A stretch of DNA of 64,000 bases from Fimbriosthenelais zetlandica (lineage: Eukaryota), in assembly GCA_977030845.1 (NCBI GenBank), contig OZ365112.1, forward strand, positions 19,778,001 through 19,842,000, in the 5' to 3' direction. Under the pieces are notes generated by a model. The model was not told the origin of the DNA, ran no database searches, and was given only the letters and a program-made list of their open reading frames with translations. Position 1 is the first letter of the stretch; each line of letters begins with the position of its first letter. The translations under genes and the position numbers were made by a program. Below are positions 1 to 12,900 of this stretch, piece after piece.

Positions 1-1313
1 AATACCAGTTGCCTTTTGCCTCGCTTACATATGGTTTCATTACATAGAACGGCCCTACATAATATAGGATCCTCATGAAATTCAAATGGCTTTCATCGAC
101 CTTAGATCAAATCGTCACATACCTTATGAAAAATTAAGAACTCTTTATGACGGTATCGTTCGGTTCGATGAAGTAAATGCAACTAGGCCTCCATGGACCC
201 CATATTGTCCCCACCCAGGTGTCAAGATTCGCAAATACTTGAAATCCCCAAAATAACATAATTATCTGTCCAGGGGCATCCGAATCCTTCATCTCTCCTT
301 CTCCATCACCCGAGCTCCTGCTGACTAGGATTTTCTATTTTTGGTTCCTCCAACACTTTCCCCCCTTCGTTTTCTGAGAAACAGACTGACCCCGCGGCAG
401 TAAGAAGAGACAACACATCATTAGATTAAATTCTCAAATTCTTTCTTTGGCAACACCTTGGCAAGAGCCTCGTGAAAATACATTTTCAATATGAGTTGAT
501 AAATGTACATTGAGGCAACTGAGGAAGTAAGAATTGGCAAAATAATTTACATTAGTTCTGGCATGAACGTATTGCTACATATTTTTTAACGGTTTTAAAT
601 GGGAAAGGAAATTACTATCGTGTTTTCAGTTGATGTCTACGACCACAGATTTCACCATCTGTTGGCTTCCCACGATATCTTTCCTGGTCTATTCACTACT
701 TCACCATCCGCACTCCTAAGAGTTGGACTGAGGTTGGATAAAGGCTGGATAGAGCTTTAGGCTGTAATGTACATTGTATCTGAGATCAACCCAAAAAAAT
801 ATAGCCGTCTCTGGGCTAATATGAACGCCAACACTGGGAGTCCTGAAAAGGGATTTCAAAAGAGGAGGATAAAAGTGGGTCAATCCAATTGAGAAAGAAA
901 ACAACTCAAAAGAGGCCATTAACAGTACCCCAGAGAAGAGCTTTTAAAAAAGTGACCGACAGAGAGGAAGAGGGACTATACGATCAGTCGTCACGTTTCG
1001 TATTAATTTGGCATTATTTGTGACCATAATTATTATTTTGGTAGAGTGTCAAAAGGTTATACTGTGATTTCATTTCATTTCATTTCAAACTTTATTTATC
1101 GTCGGTACAGTATAGAAGCTGAAAACATTAGCTTGAAGCTAATAATGATGATAATGATGATGATAATAATGATGATACTATAATTATAATTAGACTACTG
1201 GTATGCGTTTGTGGTCTATTCCTAATACCGTGATGGTATATTCGTATACTGAAAGTTATGGTAACCTGACGTGTTACATTTTTAAATACCAGACTGGTGC
1301 ACATCCTTCCGAC

Positions 1314-1429
1314 TCATATCTCCACCTGGCGGATGATTCGTGAACCTTTTCTAGGGGGTTTGGCTGAGACCAGACCCTCGGCAACAAGTGTCGTGAACAC
1401 CGCTGTGGTCACAGATGCACTGATAGCAC
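1314..1429 (-). CDS. Claudin-like B last coding exon (end of TM4, cytoplasmic tail)
   Basis: Pyrimidine-rich acceptor cttctatacttctgcag|GT; reads GAISASVTTAVFTTLVAEGL...RIIRQVEI*; TGA at 1316-1314. Confidence 0.8.
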
Positions 1430-2636
1430 CTGCAGAAGTATAGAAGGGAGTGGAAGGCAAGTTTAGTAAGGGGCGACAACTTATTGAAGACCTACTTGTT
1501 TAAATAAGTATTGTAATTTATTATTTATATTTAAATGGGCTGTGCCATGTGTAATACGTATGAAACATACGTGATACCTATGAAAGTTCTATCTGTCAAT
1601 TTACTTTTACTTTTAACTTACTGTTAGCCATACTTTTTCATCAGAGTAAAAGTTATGACGCCCAGAGTTGTGCACCATAGAAAAATCTTATCGCCATTTT
1701 GTATCAGAATCTTGGACATAATTATTGAAATACAAGGCTAACCTATGATTAGAGATATAGGATGGCCTGACGGCAGGCAAGGCACACTGCAGCTGCTAGA
1801 TGGCACCATTGTATAACCCCGAGACTGTACTCCAAACACAGTGAGAAGAGTGCAAGTAAAGAAGGCTGCTGAAATATTAATGAGATTGTTGAATTATTTG
1901 CTGGTATTTTCGAGATTGAACCAGTCCAAAGCCATGGGTTGCCTTTCAAAAAGGACTTGCCTACGATATGTCAAACAAAAATAATATAGTAGGCCTATAC
2001 AATGTCATATGTGCATTGCTGTAGATACCTGATGCTGCTGATGCTCCTGCAAAACCTGGAGCGCCGCCTTGTGCAAGGTCTTTAGGTGAGAAGCAGTGGA
2101 ATATGATGAGAATTGAAGTGAGACCAGTTGCAATGCAACCAGACATGTGTGTATAACGTGAGCCCTGCAACCACGCTGTAAAGGGAAACAATGATAAAGT
2201 AAACTCTCTTGTAGCTAATACAGCTCTATAGTTGATCAAATTGATATTTACGAACCAATAACAAGTTCCATGCAGGTCATGGGACATGTTAGACCTGTCA
2301 AAGTATTGCTCACGTACTAGGTTTGTCGACTCCAGTGAAGACGTTGTCAATATCGGTACATTCCCATGGAGAGGAACTTGCGGAAGTGGAGTTTTGTTGC
2401 ACTATCCAACTAAGATCCTTGCCGCAATACCTCCACAGACCAAAACTGTACGAAGGTCTAACGGTTCTATTGATGCAATCCGATTTGTGTACTCCACAAT
2501 AGATTTCAAACCAGTTATCCATAAGGACTGCCCCAAGTGAGAGGAGAAATGACAATGAGGTCAAGAAGGCAGACACCATAAGCCACAAATGTTTGGGTGG
2601 CTCCCATTTCTTCTGGTTGTTCTTAGTTGTCATCAT
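1314..2636 (-). CDS. Claudin/PMP22/EMP superfamily tetraspan protein B, spliced CDS join(2636..2314, 2225..2029, 1868..1743, 1429..1314), 253 aa
   Basis: Exon lengths 323+197+126+116 = 762 nt; phases 2,1,1 are consistent; all junctions are GT-AG. TM1 LWLMVSAFLTSLSFLLSLGAVLMDNW is followed by the W...GLWxxC...C loop signature (DNW, FGLWRYC, WEC). There is a WLQGSR helix before TM2, three further hydrophobic segments, and the C-terminus RQVEI*. In-frame stops upstream of ATG 2636 support it as the start. Confidence 0.85.
1743..1868 (-). CDS. Claudin-like B coding exon 3 (TM3, extracellular loop 2)
   Basis: Acceptor atatttcag|CAG (NAGNAG), donor G|GTTAGC; reads AFFTCTLLTVFGVQSRGY...HPISLII; 126 nt, phase 1-1. 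Confidence 0.75.
2029..2225 (-). CDS. Claudin-like B coding exon 2 (TM2, start of TM3)
   Basis: Acceptor caactatag|A, donor G|GTATCT; reads AVLATREF...WLQGSRYTHMSGCIATGLTSILIIFHCF...GFAGASAAS. Confidence 0.8.
2314..2636 (-). CDS. Claudin-like B coding exon 1 (TM1 + extracellular loop 1)
   Basis: ORF MMTTKNNQ...GVDKPST; donor AC|GTGAGC at 2313; 5'UTR acceptor ...ctttgcatttag ending at 2669. Confidence 0.9.
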
Positions 2637-3348
2637 GAGATGTCAATTCCTCTTTTAAATAATCCTTACTAAATGCAAAGATGAGATGTGATGTAAAACG
2701 ATGTACGGTATGCAATAGATGAGTATGGAAGTAGCAGTAGCTTGAGGCAGGGAAACTTGTGCTCCACAAGTTGAAGAGTTTTAACTGTGCAGGAAGTTGG
2801 CGGTGCCACATTAAATGGTTTGTTCAATGGGGTCTTGAACCCATATACCAATGCCACTGCGCTCAATGATGTGCACCATTCTCTGCAAGATAGGCCCTGA
2901 GAATTGTTAGCTGTGGTGGTGGTCAAGCTCCCAGCAACTAACATTTGACCATGTGTTCACGTGTTCACTTTCTTGAGGTTCTATGGGGGCTACCATTTGA
3001 ATACGAGTTGGGGTTGGGGGCTGAACTTTTCTTGAAATCAATAATTTTGTGTGGAAATGGTAGAAATAAATAAATTGACACAAGCACAAAACGGTGCACA
3101 GAAATAAATATTTTATTCCCATAGGAGCGTTGGAGCCTGAAGGACGAAATAAATATTTCGGGTCCGTCATGCCATGAAATAAATAAAGTTGTTCTGAAAT
3201 AAATATAATTGTCTAGACAAAAACTCTAGCGCTCTTTTTCCTTTCATCTTAAGACTGATTTCGGCGAAAATATAATTAAAGGGATCTTTGAAAGCTCAAC
3301 GAGTTATTAACGAGCTCATAATAATGAAATGGGTGAAGCCGAACCGCC

Positions 3349-4548
3349 TTAATAGTTGACCATAGGAAACTCCAAGATGCATGTAGGAAGTATAATCATG
3401 AAGTTTTCTCCCATATGGAACTTGGCTATGATTATTGTATGGTGCCAGATTGATAAGAACTTAAGTCTAATTGCAATGCGGTAGATCTGCTTGTGTATAT
3501 AGAGAGAGTTGGATCTCAGTTGGCATTTTATCCCTTGGCTATGTATATACACAGAGCCTGCGGACGACCAAACATTTACATGCATGTGCTGCAGGGAGAA
3601 CAGCATTAATACATCAGTGATAAATTGTTTGCTCTTAACGGGAGGTTTGACTAGGGTATCAACAATTTTCAGGAGTTAGGCGACTCCATCACAAGCTTGT
3701 TTTCCTTCACTTTTTAATTGTCCTCAGTGGAAAGATGCAGAATAATGATAAGCAACTGTAGCTTTACTTATGATGTTAGATCACATTTTGACAGCAAAGT
3801 GTTGGTTATTTGGTTTCCAGGTATACCTGTTGAGAAAACGGAAGTGAAACAACTGCAATGACACAGCCAATATTAATTTTGATATTTTAATATTTGGATA
3901 TTTTGACAAACGTGTTTGCAGTAGTGATAACAACAGCGATCGATGTTTGTACCTGGAAAATTTACAGCAGGAAGTCTGTAATACAAGTAGTTTATACAAT
4001 TATGAAGCTGCCTTTTCTTTAAATTGTGAGTTCATCCAGATGGCTACGACGACGTATCGTGGTATTTGTATGTCATAGTATTTGTATAGAAGCTGAACCC
4101 TTTTCATCAGTGTGAGCATGTTTGGTGCCTTTTTGTATTGTTGTATTGTGATCCAGGATGTTTCGGGGTCGCCGAGTGTATTTTTCACCCAAGCCAAGAT
4201 CCAGGTATTCATCTGCTAATCTGCAGTCATCTGTATTGCTCTTTTTGGCCAGACCCAGGGTTGTATCCATTGAATTTGTGGGTCGCCAGCACTCAAGAGA
4301 ATGGGTGAAATGACTATGGACGTGAGCAGCCAATACGCTAATCACTTTTCAATGTTCTCCTGGCCCATTGACTGTCGTCCATTGAGTTTACACTGACAAC
4401 AGTTGGTTGTGCAATGGCCCAAATTCCTTTTAATCGTCCCTTTCTTCTTCCTGAATCGTTCCAGCCACCGTGAGAACCGTGGGTATTTAGTAATATTATC
4501 ATTAGGAGTACTAGTATTCCTCTTCTTTTGTATGACATTGTCCCTCAG
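3349..4548 (-). mobile_element. Decayed pogo/Tigger-like (Tc1-mariner, CENP-B HTH + DDE_1) transposase remnant in the probable first intron of claudin-like B
   Basis: One minus-strand frame has only 6 internal stops in 400 codons. It contains RFSRWLERFRKKKG (resembles the CENP-B/Tigger HTH F-S-x-GWLxRFKKRxG), PKRAIQMTAD*QMNTWI and MNSQFKEK. An adjacent frame has DEYLDLGLGEKYTRRP...AHTDEK. These resemble the pogo DDE_1 motifs GWMDE...EKVWSRRP...RAHLTDEVK and VNKPFK, matched from memory. No TIRs were identified. Confidence 0.5.
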
Positions 4549-4815
4549 TTACATGCATTTCTGCTTTGTCATTTAGGTTTGAGTGTATGGTGCATATCAC
4601 TCTTCGTCCCATATTAAGCATTGAACTGCACATAACAAGCAAATATTAAAATGTGTTCACAGAGTTTTATTTATGTCATCGTGAGAATAACATGGTAAAG
4701 TAAGTTAACTGCAGACACCTAGCCTTCGTATCCAGTGTAGCTTTTCGAACATGGACAAATCTATTTTCCCACACATTAAGTCTTAAATCCACTTTCAAAA
4801 AGAAAAGGATCATAC

Positions 4816-4900
4816 CTTTCCTCACTAAATCATAATGCCTGTTACAGACCCGCTATAGCAAAGACTGAGAGGAAAATCACTCCATGACCATGTATATAAT
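4816..4900 (-). promoter_or_regulatory. Probable TATA region and non-coding first exon of claudin-like B
   Basis: Minus-strand donor AAG|GTATGA at 4815 and a TATATA-like element near 4893-4898 would pair with the acceptor at 2669. No transcript evidence. Confidence 0.35.
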
Positions 4901-6678
4901 TAAGTATTAAATTCCTTGTGAGTTGATGCAGACTTGAAGATTCCATGTAGCAAGGCCACTTAAAGAGTTACAAGTCTTTGGTCAATATTGTAGACTTCTT
5001 AAATTTCATAACCGTAACATGGGGAATTCAGTATGACATATGGGTATCGAAGACAATTATTGGTAGCTGGTAATGATATGTTTTTACGGGCACTAGAAGT
5101 GATTGAAAAGGCATTTGTGACAGGAAAAGTACTTGAATACCCGATTCACACAGCTTATTGTGGTCACTGGAAATTCATTTAAATTTTAACTTTGATAAAA
5201 TACATATGTTCCGCAAATCCAATTAACCAAAGATATCAGTAGCAATTTTGATAGTTGCCAACTGAAGAGCATCATATAAAATAACAACATCCTGTGTGGT
5301 TAACACATAACATAATGTTATGGCTTCCGATTTCTTTCCTGTCTACATCAGTTTGGGGGGAACATCCAAAACAGGACATAGACCGTCACCCAGAGAAAAA
5401 AAAAGTCGCACTCCTGTCATGACGTTTTTATGATGATCAATAAAGATTGATTCCAGTCAGAATTAATTAATAGGCTGGCTATTTATACTATTGTACTCTT
5501 TACGCTGTATTGCTTTGTAAACATTATTTGGAATAAGCTTTCTCGCTGCAGTGTGTGAAAAGGGTTTCAATCCAAGTGAATTCTGCGTAGCAGAACTCCA
5601 GACAGGTGCACCACTGTGACACTGTACCAATAATGGGTCCCAGGAATTCTAGTCTAGAATGCTAGATTAGTATAATAAGATTAAAGTAAAGGAAAAGGGG
5701 GAAGGGGAGATGGGAGATGGGAGATGTGATCAAGAAACCCGATAAAATATTTATCAATAAGGGATCTTTCACGAAACATTCACCAACACTTCTGAGTAAC
5801 TCTATAAAGGAGTTAACAATTCATGTTCTTATGAACTGACTATCAATGAATTATTAAGAACAGTAGACACATTTTTAAAATACAATAAAAAATAATATAT
5901 CCCAAAGATCTGATTGCGTGAATTCGGGTCTGGAATTTAAATTAAAGATAAAACCGAACTAGTCAACATGTAATTGAAAGCAATTACTAATATTCATTTC
6001 CCTTGTGGTCATGAGATTTTAACAGAATAAAACATTTGAAATTGGTGAGTTAGTAGTTTTCCGAATGAGGGTGATATCTACTATTTCATCTATCCAAGGT
6101 TACTTTACCACACAATATACAATAATAATAAAGTTTCTTTAATACTTTAGTAGAAATCCTGTGGTAAATTGTATATTATATACGCCAATAGTATGTATGA
6201 GAGAAAAAAATCCCGTATGGGTTCATTGCTAGGCCTACAATTTGAGAACAGTTAGTGCAATTATGTCACACAAACGTGTGAAAATGAAGGATATACAATG
6301 TAAATTTGTGAAATGTTTCATGCAAATATATAATTTACTTTCGTCTTATTGAAATCAATGATGATTAGATGCCCTCCCAGTCAGAGGATGACTCGTCAAC
6401 CGAGAACAGATTATAACATATGTGCTGTCACATCCAAGTTTCAAAATCAGGACAGTGTGCATCACTTTCGAGACTTAACTAAACATTATAATGTTATTCA
6501 ACTTCGGATGCTTTTAATCTGGTCCACAATGAACTTAATAGATTGATTGAGCTTAAGTCAGTCTACTTAAGTCTGTACTCCGATTTTTTGACATTGTCAT
6601 TGAAGGACATAATATATTACCAACACTATGCATAAAGTGTGACAGTACAGTCACTATTACTGTACACCATCGCCATAA

Positions 6679-6935
6679 CTACATGCTACAAATCTGGTCA
6701 TACTGTGAAGAGAATACATAATTCTGTCTCGCCCTCCTGAGTTCGACAGATAGCAGGATCCAGAAGACACAGGAGGCTGAAGAAAGAAGAAAGCTTGTCC
6801 AGCCTAGATACATGGCCCAACCTACCGACACCTCTCGTCCTGCCCACACCACTGCTGGGATCAGGTGTTTAGGATCATCAGCTACTTCTGATTTTCGTAA
6901 AAGCATCAGTGTCACGGTAAATAGTGTGTACAGGC
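6679..6935 (-). CDS. Claudin-like A last coding exon (TM3 end, loop 2, TM4, tail)
   Basis: Acceptor after a T-rich tract, ...tttttgcag|GC; GLYTLF...GWAMYLGW...YDQICSM*; TAG at 6681-6679. Confidence 0.9.
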
Positions 6936-9900
6936 CTGCAAAAATAAAAAATAATGAAATTCTAATGAAAACAACTGTCAAATGGATGGATTAATAATTG
7001 TTATTCTATTTTTTTCTCACTGAATTATAAGCAAGAAGTATCCTCACCTGCAGCTCCAAAACAAACTCCAGCAATGACTGCAAAAATGATTTGTTGTTTG
7101 ATGGCGGCGAAGGCGCCAAGTCCTAAGGCTGTACAGGCTGTGATGATCGCTACGATGGCGCAGGCATTCGCAGAACGGCTCAGGCTCTGCACTGTACAGA
7201 AAAAATAGGATCAGACTTATATGACGAGCCAAATTATGAAAACAATACTAAACAATGTGAATTATGGACCAAAATTTGCACAGAGCTACATGTATAAGGG
7301 ACACTTGTGTCGTTAACACTTTTCATTAATGGACTTCTGCTGCTGAGAAGATAGGCTCCTGTATGCACCAGATAAGCTTTCATTACAAGACAACCCTGCG
7401 GAGAGTTCTGACAACCTGACTCGTAAGACAAGCATGGCAACCCTCTCATCTTTCCATGAACGAGACCTACTATCAGTAATCACCCCTCCGGATGGGAAAA
7501 AAGAAACCATATGCCCCCTCTTCGGAGAGGTTCATATGGAAGAGAAGCCGTGGGGCTCATTTGGACTGACATGTTGATGAAGAAGACAAAAGACCATGAT
7601 TCATCGGCCCTGAGCAGCACTTTATTGCACCCTTGATGGAACATCATGCAGTTCACTCAGTACATGGGCATGAATCGTGGGTTCAGCCATCTCAGTAGTA
7701 TGTACCTGACCAGCTTGTTTCGTTTTAGTCCATAACATTGGCTAATAGAGAGTAAGGGGCCTGTTTCAGAATAATTGTAACCAATAGCAATACTACATGC
7801 AAGTTTTTGCGCTGAAACGGGCCCCTGGTCTCAGATATGAAGACATATGAATTCCCTACAGCACCCACCCATGCATGGTTCCATATCCTGAACATAAAAG
7901 GCTACGGCTTTCTCATGTCATGGACATTTTTGGCTATTTAACAACTAAAGGTCATGTGCTGATATTCACCACATGCCGACCAAGAGAATCCCCCTTGGTT
8001 CTCTCTGATAAGTCGTGCTTGGAGATTGACAGGTGATTGTAATTGAAACCCGGAACTTCCTCCTCCACTTTTGGTATCTATTTTTATATTTTAAACATCA
8101 CGATGGTTTTCATATTTGTTCTTCTTTCCTTCTTTTTTTTTTTACATAATATTATAGGCTGATCTTTTGTTTGTTAGATTATATTACGTCTGATGAGATG
8201 ACAACCCTCATATGAGAAACTGTATTTTACTGTATTGCTCTTCAGTTTTCTACTCGGATTTCCTAAGATCGTGAGCAAGGATCAAGTTAGTGTTACATAG
8301 GGATGACATAGGGCGTGGGTATACAAGATGTAAGAGGGTTGCAAGATGTACGATGCTAATATTGGGTTGCATTATGTAACGAAATTATTTGAGAAAATAT
8401 TTTTCGCCTGTCTTTGAGTGTGTTCGTGAATAGCGGGAGGAATGATAATTAATATGCGGATTCTGTTTAGCAGTGCGAGCAGGGTCTGTATTATTTGGTC
8501 TGGCCGTTTCGGATGAGACAGTGTTTAGATGATAGTGAAGGTACTGGGAGATGGGAAGGCGGGGGCGTTATATTCATCTTAATGTGAGGGTGGCAGTACA
8601 GGTGAGGGGGTGTGCTCTAGCTGTGATGATGCTGGTCTTTGGATGATCCTCATTATTACGGACACACATGTGAGGACTGCTCTCAATCGTTAACAATCAG
8701 ATGAGGCGGACCTTTACCCACCCTATTGATTAATTAATAATCACTTGTATTCCTGCCCGCAACACAGAGCTAAATAATCTTCTATGACACGATGATACTT
8801 ACCTTTACTTTGCCAACATTAAAAGCAAAATATGTACATGTACATGATAATTTTTCAAGGGTGAACATTTAAACTGTTGTCTTTATGTATGCATCAACTG
8901 TGGTAAACTCAGCTAAATTAAGGCATCTCATCTGCATGCATCTAGCCCCACTATCTGTATGCATGGAAGTCCAACAACACGTTATTTCCCTGTCTGTGCA
9001 AATAACGTAATTTAACACCTAGCTATGAGGGGATATTACTGTTTATGTTGTGTTTTACTGATTCCGCTGGAGCTTCCACGTTCCATCCCCAGTCTAGCCC
9101 CTGTCAATGAATATTCTCTGTTTCTCATAATATGGGCACTTGGTGATCTCATGCTTTATAAATTACAGAGATTCTTGGAAAATGTCAGCCCATTGATTGA
9201 TTGATGTTTATTTTGAGATTGCCCAAAATTCTCAGGTTTTCTATTGCCTTTTCAATCGTGTTATAGAGACAGGCAAAGCGTGCAGATCGAATTACATATA
9301 TTTAATGCGTGTCAGGGTATTTTATATTTTGGGAATTAACGGATGTGCAAGTCTCATAAGTTTCTTTTACAATCTCTGACCACCTGGCCTTGTCATGTAT
9401 TGGGGAACAAAGCTGTAATGTGGAACTGATACCTCCTTGATGGCACAGACATGTTCCTTGTCAAAGACAGGAAGTCAATGCCTTGCTTTCCAATGGTATT
9501 CTATCCCTTTGAGGCCTTTATGGATACTCAGTCCGATGGAAGGAGTTTGGTAAATTCTTCCCTTGCTCGTGTTTGAATGGTGAACCTTCACTCGAGACAT
9601 AAGATAGAATTATAAAGAAGGAACTCGTTTTCCCCCATCCCTAGAACATGACACACCCAACCTGGAAAAAGATTTAGTAGAGACCGGAAATGATCAGGAA
9701 ATATCAGAAATTGGAAGGGAACGAGGACTGAAGGTACAATCTAAGTAGAAAGAAAGAAAAGGCGATAAATCACTAAGATTTCTTTATGTCGACTGTTGAA
9801 ATCCAATTACCTTCTACTCGATTAGCACTATAGCTATCAAGTCCAATTTTGGGATATGGGGGGCTTTATTAAATCAAGACTTGATGGATTTATAGAAACT

Positions 9901-12900
9901 GGAGAGTTTGACAGTCAGCCCTGATATCGAGAACCTAATTTTTCAGTAACAGTGGAAGGAGTTATAAGTATAGTATAGTAAATCCTTAAGAAATTGTATT
10001 TATTTCTTTAGAGAAAAGGATGCAGGTACATTGAACGCCTAGAACTCATCATAATAGAATTATATACATCTCGGAATCCACAGTAGACCTATTGTCGCGC
10101 TTGTGGTGTCGTCACAAGACTTGCATAAAACTCAGTTTTTAGTCATTTAAAGTTGGCACGGTGTGTACAGGGCATTAATCACCGGGAATACAGTCAGCCG
10201 TGCATTATTAATGTTTGTATCCAAGGGACCTTTTCTCCCTGTTTTGATACAGAAGTGATGATCCATTTGATTAGAGACAATGCAAGTCTGATGTATGGTC
10301 CTGTGGTTTACAGCAAAGGTCAGATATACAGACTCTCCCTAACGGTTAACTTGTTCCATTCAGTTGACATTTGAAAGTGCTTGGTATAAAAAATGTTTTT
10401 TTTCCAGTCTTTCAAGGGGGAAGCACCTCATTATCGTTAACCATAATTATAATGAATGGTTGATAAATAGTTTCAATCAACAACATTTTAGAAGAGAATT
10501 ACAGGAAATCAAATTACATAATCATCATTATACCCATCGTTACCCAGTATTATTGGCAAGATGATAAAGTATGACCAAGGTAAAGGGCGGAGTAATTGTG
10601 TTTTAATGCAGGGTAGGGTTGTGATCTGGATATATATAGAGGGGTAGCGAGGTATTATATTGATCCCCAGGCTGATTACTGGCTGATCTGACACTTCTCT
10701 CATAAAAAGATGGTTTCATCATTAAAGGGGAATATAGGGACAACGCTGGGAGGTAGGTGACTAATGGCGGTATAATTCATTTACTGCATATTTAATATTT
10801 AAATTTAAATAGGAAGCCAAAGCTCAAATGGAATCAATTTGGCTTCTGATATGAGTGTTGAAAATCTATCTCGACGGGAAAGTTCCAGACGCCTAAAGAT
10901 GAGGATTATTATATTCAAATAAAACTTTAACTAGTGACCTGCCGTAGAACTCTGTTGGATTTATTCATTTAAATCAAATGGTGGAGGCAGCCATCCATCA
11001 TGAAAATCAGTGCTATGATATTAATTAATGTAACGTCATTAATCTAATAGGAATAGAGAGATATAGATGATGAATATATTAATTCCATTTTTGATGTCCA
11101 TTATAATTATAAATTTAGAATTTCTCCAATAGCATAATAACTGTATTTCCATCCTCCCCTGTACTAAGTAAACAGGAAGTTATAGGGAATCCCATTCATG
11201 AAACCTTGATCTACAACTGAATATGATAATGAAAGTTGTGGAAAACTTTCTCATGGAAGGGAACACTTGGATTCATTCCTCGTGGGCCTCGTTACCCCTC
11301 CCTTGACCCCTTTGCAGGTGCTTCTCTCTTTAGAGAATTGCACTCTCCATCTCTATATTCCCAGAAGATGATGAAATGTAGCTAATACAATGGCTTAATC
11401 GCGCCATGGCGAGTTGTAATAGGTCTTGAGTGACCATGGGAGACATGCAAGTTGGTATCTTCCATTTGAATAATATTCTGATGAAGTAACCTTATAATTA
11501 AAGCATTTGCGTTGAACCTTTAAGAGGAGCGCACTATTTGCATGGTAATTTGAAGATATTTTTTTGTATTTGGTTGTCATTGCACAAGGCCGATGAGCCA
11601 CAGCAACAAAGTGTTTATCAATCAGAAACTAAATTATTTAGCTGATAACTTACACATATCGAGTTTTACATTGTTCTTGAGTTCCTCAGTAGTGTACCGC
11701 AGATGGCTCATACATTTGGGATGTAAAACTCCAGACTGGCCTTCTGTAATTTGCTGCCGGAGATCATCTTGAAAAAGAAAATGGAAATTGGTTATTGCAA
11801 GTTGCAATGGAAAAAATGATCAGTTCGTCATGATTGTATTTAATATTTTATGTGAGTAAGGTAATTCATCCAACCTCTGATTGATAACTTCCCGATCATC
11901 TTCCCGGACACCCATGAATCTCCCGCCAATGTACCTTTTAGCTAAATCAACACTGGCTTCCCAATGCCAAATTATTATCCGACCTATTAATGGAGGGTCT
12001 ATACATATTGGTCGTACCTAGGTAAATAATATTAATGTATTCCCAATGTACCCAAGAGATAGAAGCAGCACAATGACGTGTGATCATTCAATAATTCAAG
12101 CCAAATAAAGGTGTGCGTTTCCTTATTGTCATAATTATTTAGGGTTGTGTCCTTCGAATAGGTATGAAAAGAGTGCTAGTGCAGACCTCCACTGCAGGTT
12201 ATTTGCATACAAAGCATTAAGTAATGCATTAGTAATGTATATGTAGTCAATAGGTAATAGAATTTGTTAGCATAGGAAGGACAAAATTATGATCATTTTG
12301 CCTCTCTCAGGGAATTGATGTCACTACCTTGAGCCTTTTATTCAGAAATGGGTGTGCAATAAGATAATACACACTTCCCACATTTCAGATATACGTTAAT
12401 CTTCGATCCATGAACAAAAAGATGGAACCCCTTATTTATCATTTAACACACTATCTGTGACAGAATCTTCAGGGTAATATACCGCCTCCCTGGCCGGCAG
12501 ATCATGCTTTCTGGTCATGAATTCAATCTAACAGTGTATATATTTCCTTATTGAGAGTGGTAGATCAGAATAGTAGCCAGTGCTGGATACAAGAAAAAGT
12601 TTATGAATTTCCGGTCACGTGTCCCCATGAGAAAGACCATGTGGTGATGGCCGACCGGATGTCTGTCCCTAGTGGCAGAACGTGTTACTTCAGACATCTA
12701 TGAGAGAGCAGGAGCATATCAAGTAGATGGAGAGGGGGGTTGAATCCATATTAAAGGACTCCACACAACATGTCGATATTCATGCATTTCCAATTTGCAA
12801 GATCATGACCTGGATGATGATAGAGTTTGTAAAGATTATATACATACATTTTGGGAATATATAGATTTGCGTTATAATTTATATGTGTTTGATAGATTTA

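Noticed and set aside
68-256. Possible plus-strand terminal exon DPHEIQMAFIDLRSNRH...KYLKSPK*
   Set aside because: Only 62 codons, a weak acceptor, no recognisable family, and any upstream exons would lie outside the window.
130-300. Minus-strand TPGW...VHGGL resembling claudin-like A motifs (possible third paralog)
   Set aside because: Lacks the GLW Trp and both Cys, and needs a frameshift to include a TM1.
2669-3170. Two short minus ORFs resembling a viral accessory or type II membrane protein
   Set aside because: No conserved motif, different frames, and they lie in the probable 5'UTR intron of claudin-like B.
6679-6693. CaaX prenylation motif at the end of claudin-like A (QICSM)
   Set aside because: The Cys is at position -3, not -4.
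7234-7510. Minus-strand ORFs next to the claudin-like A TM2 exon as extra exons
   Set aside because: The model closes in phase without them and they add no family motifs.
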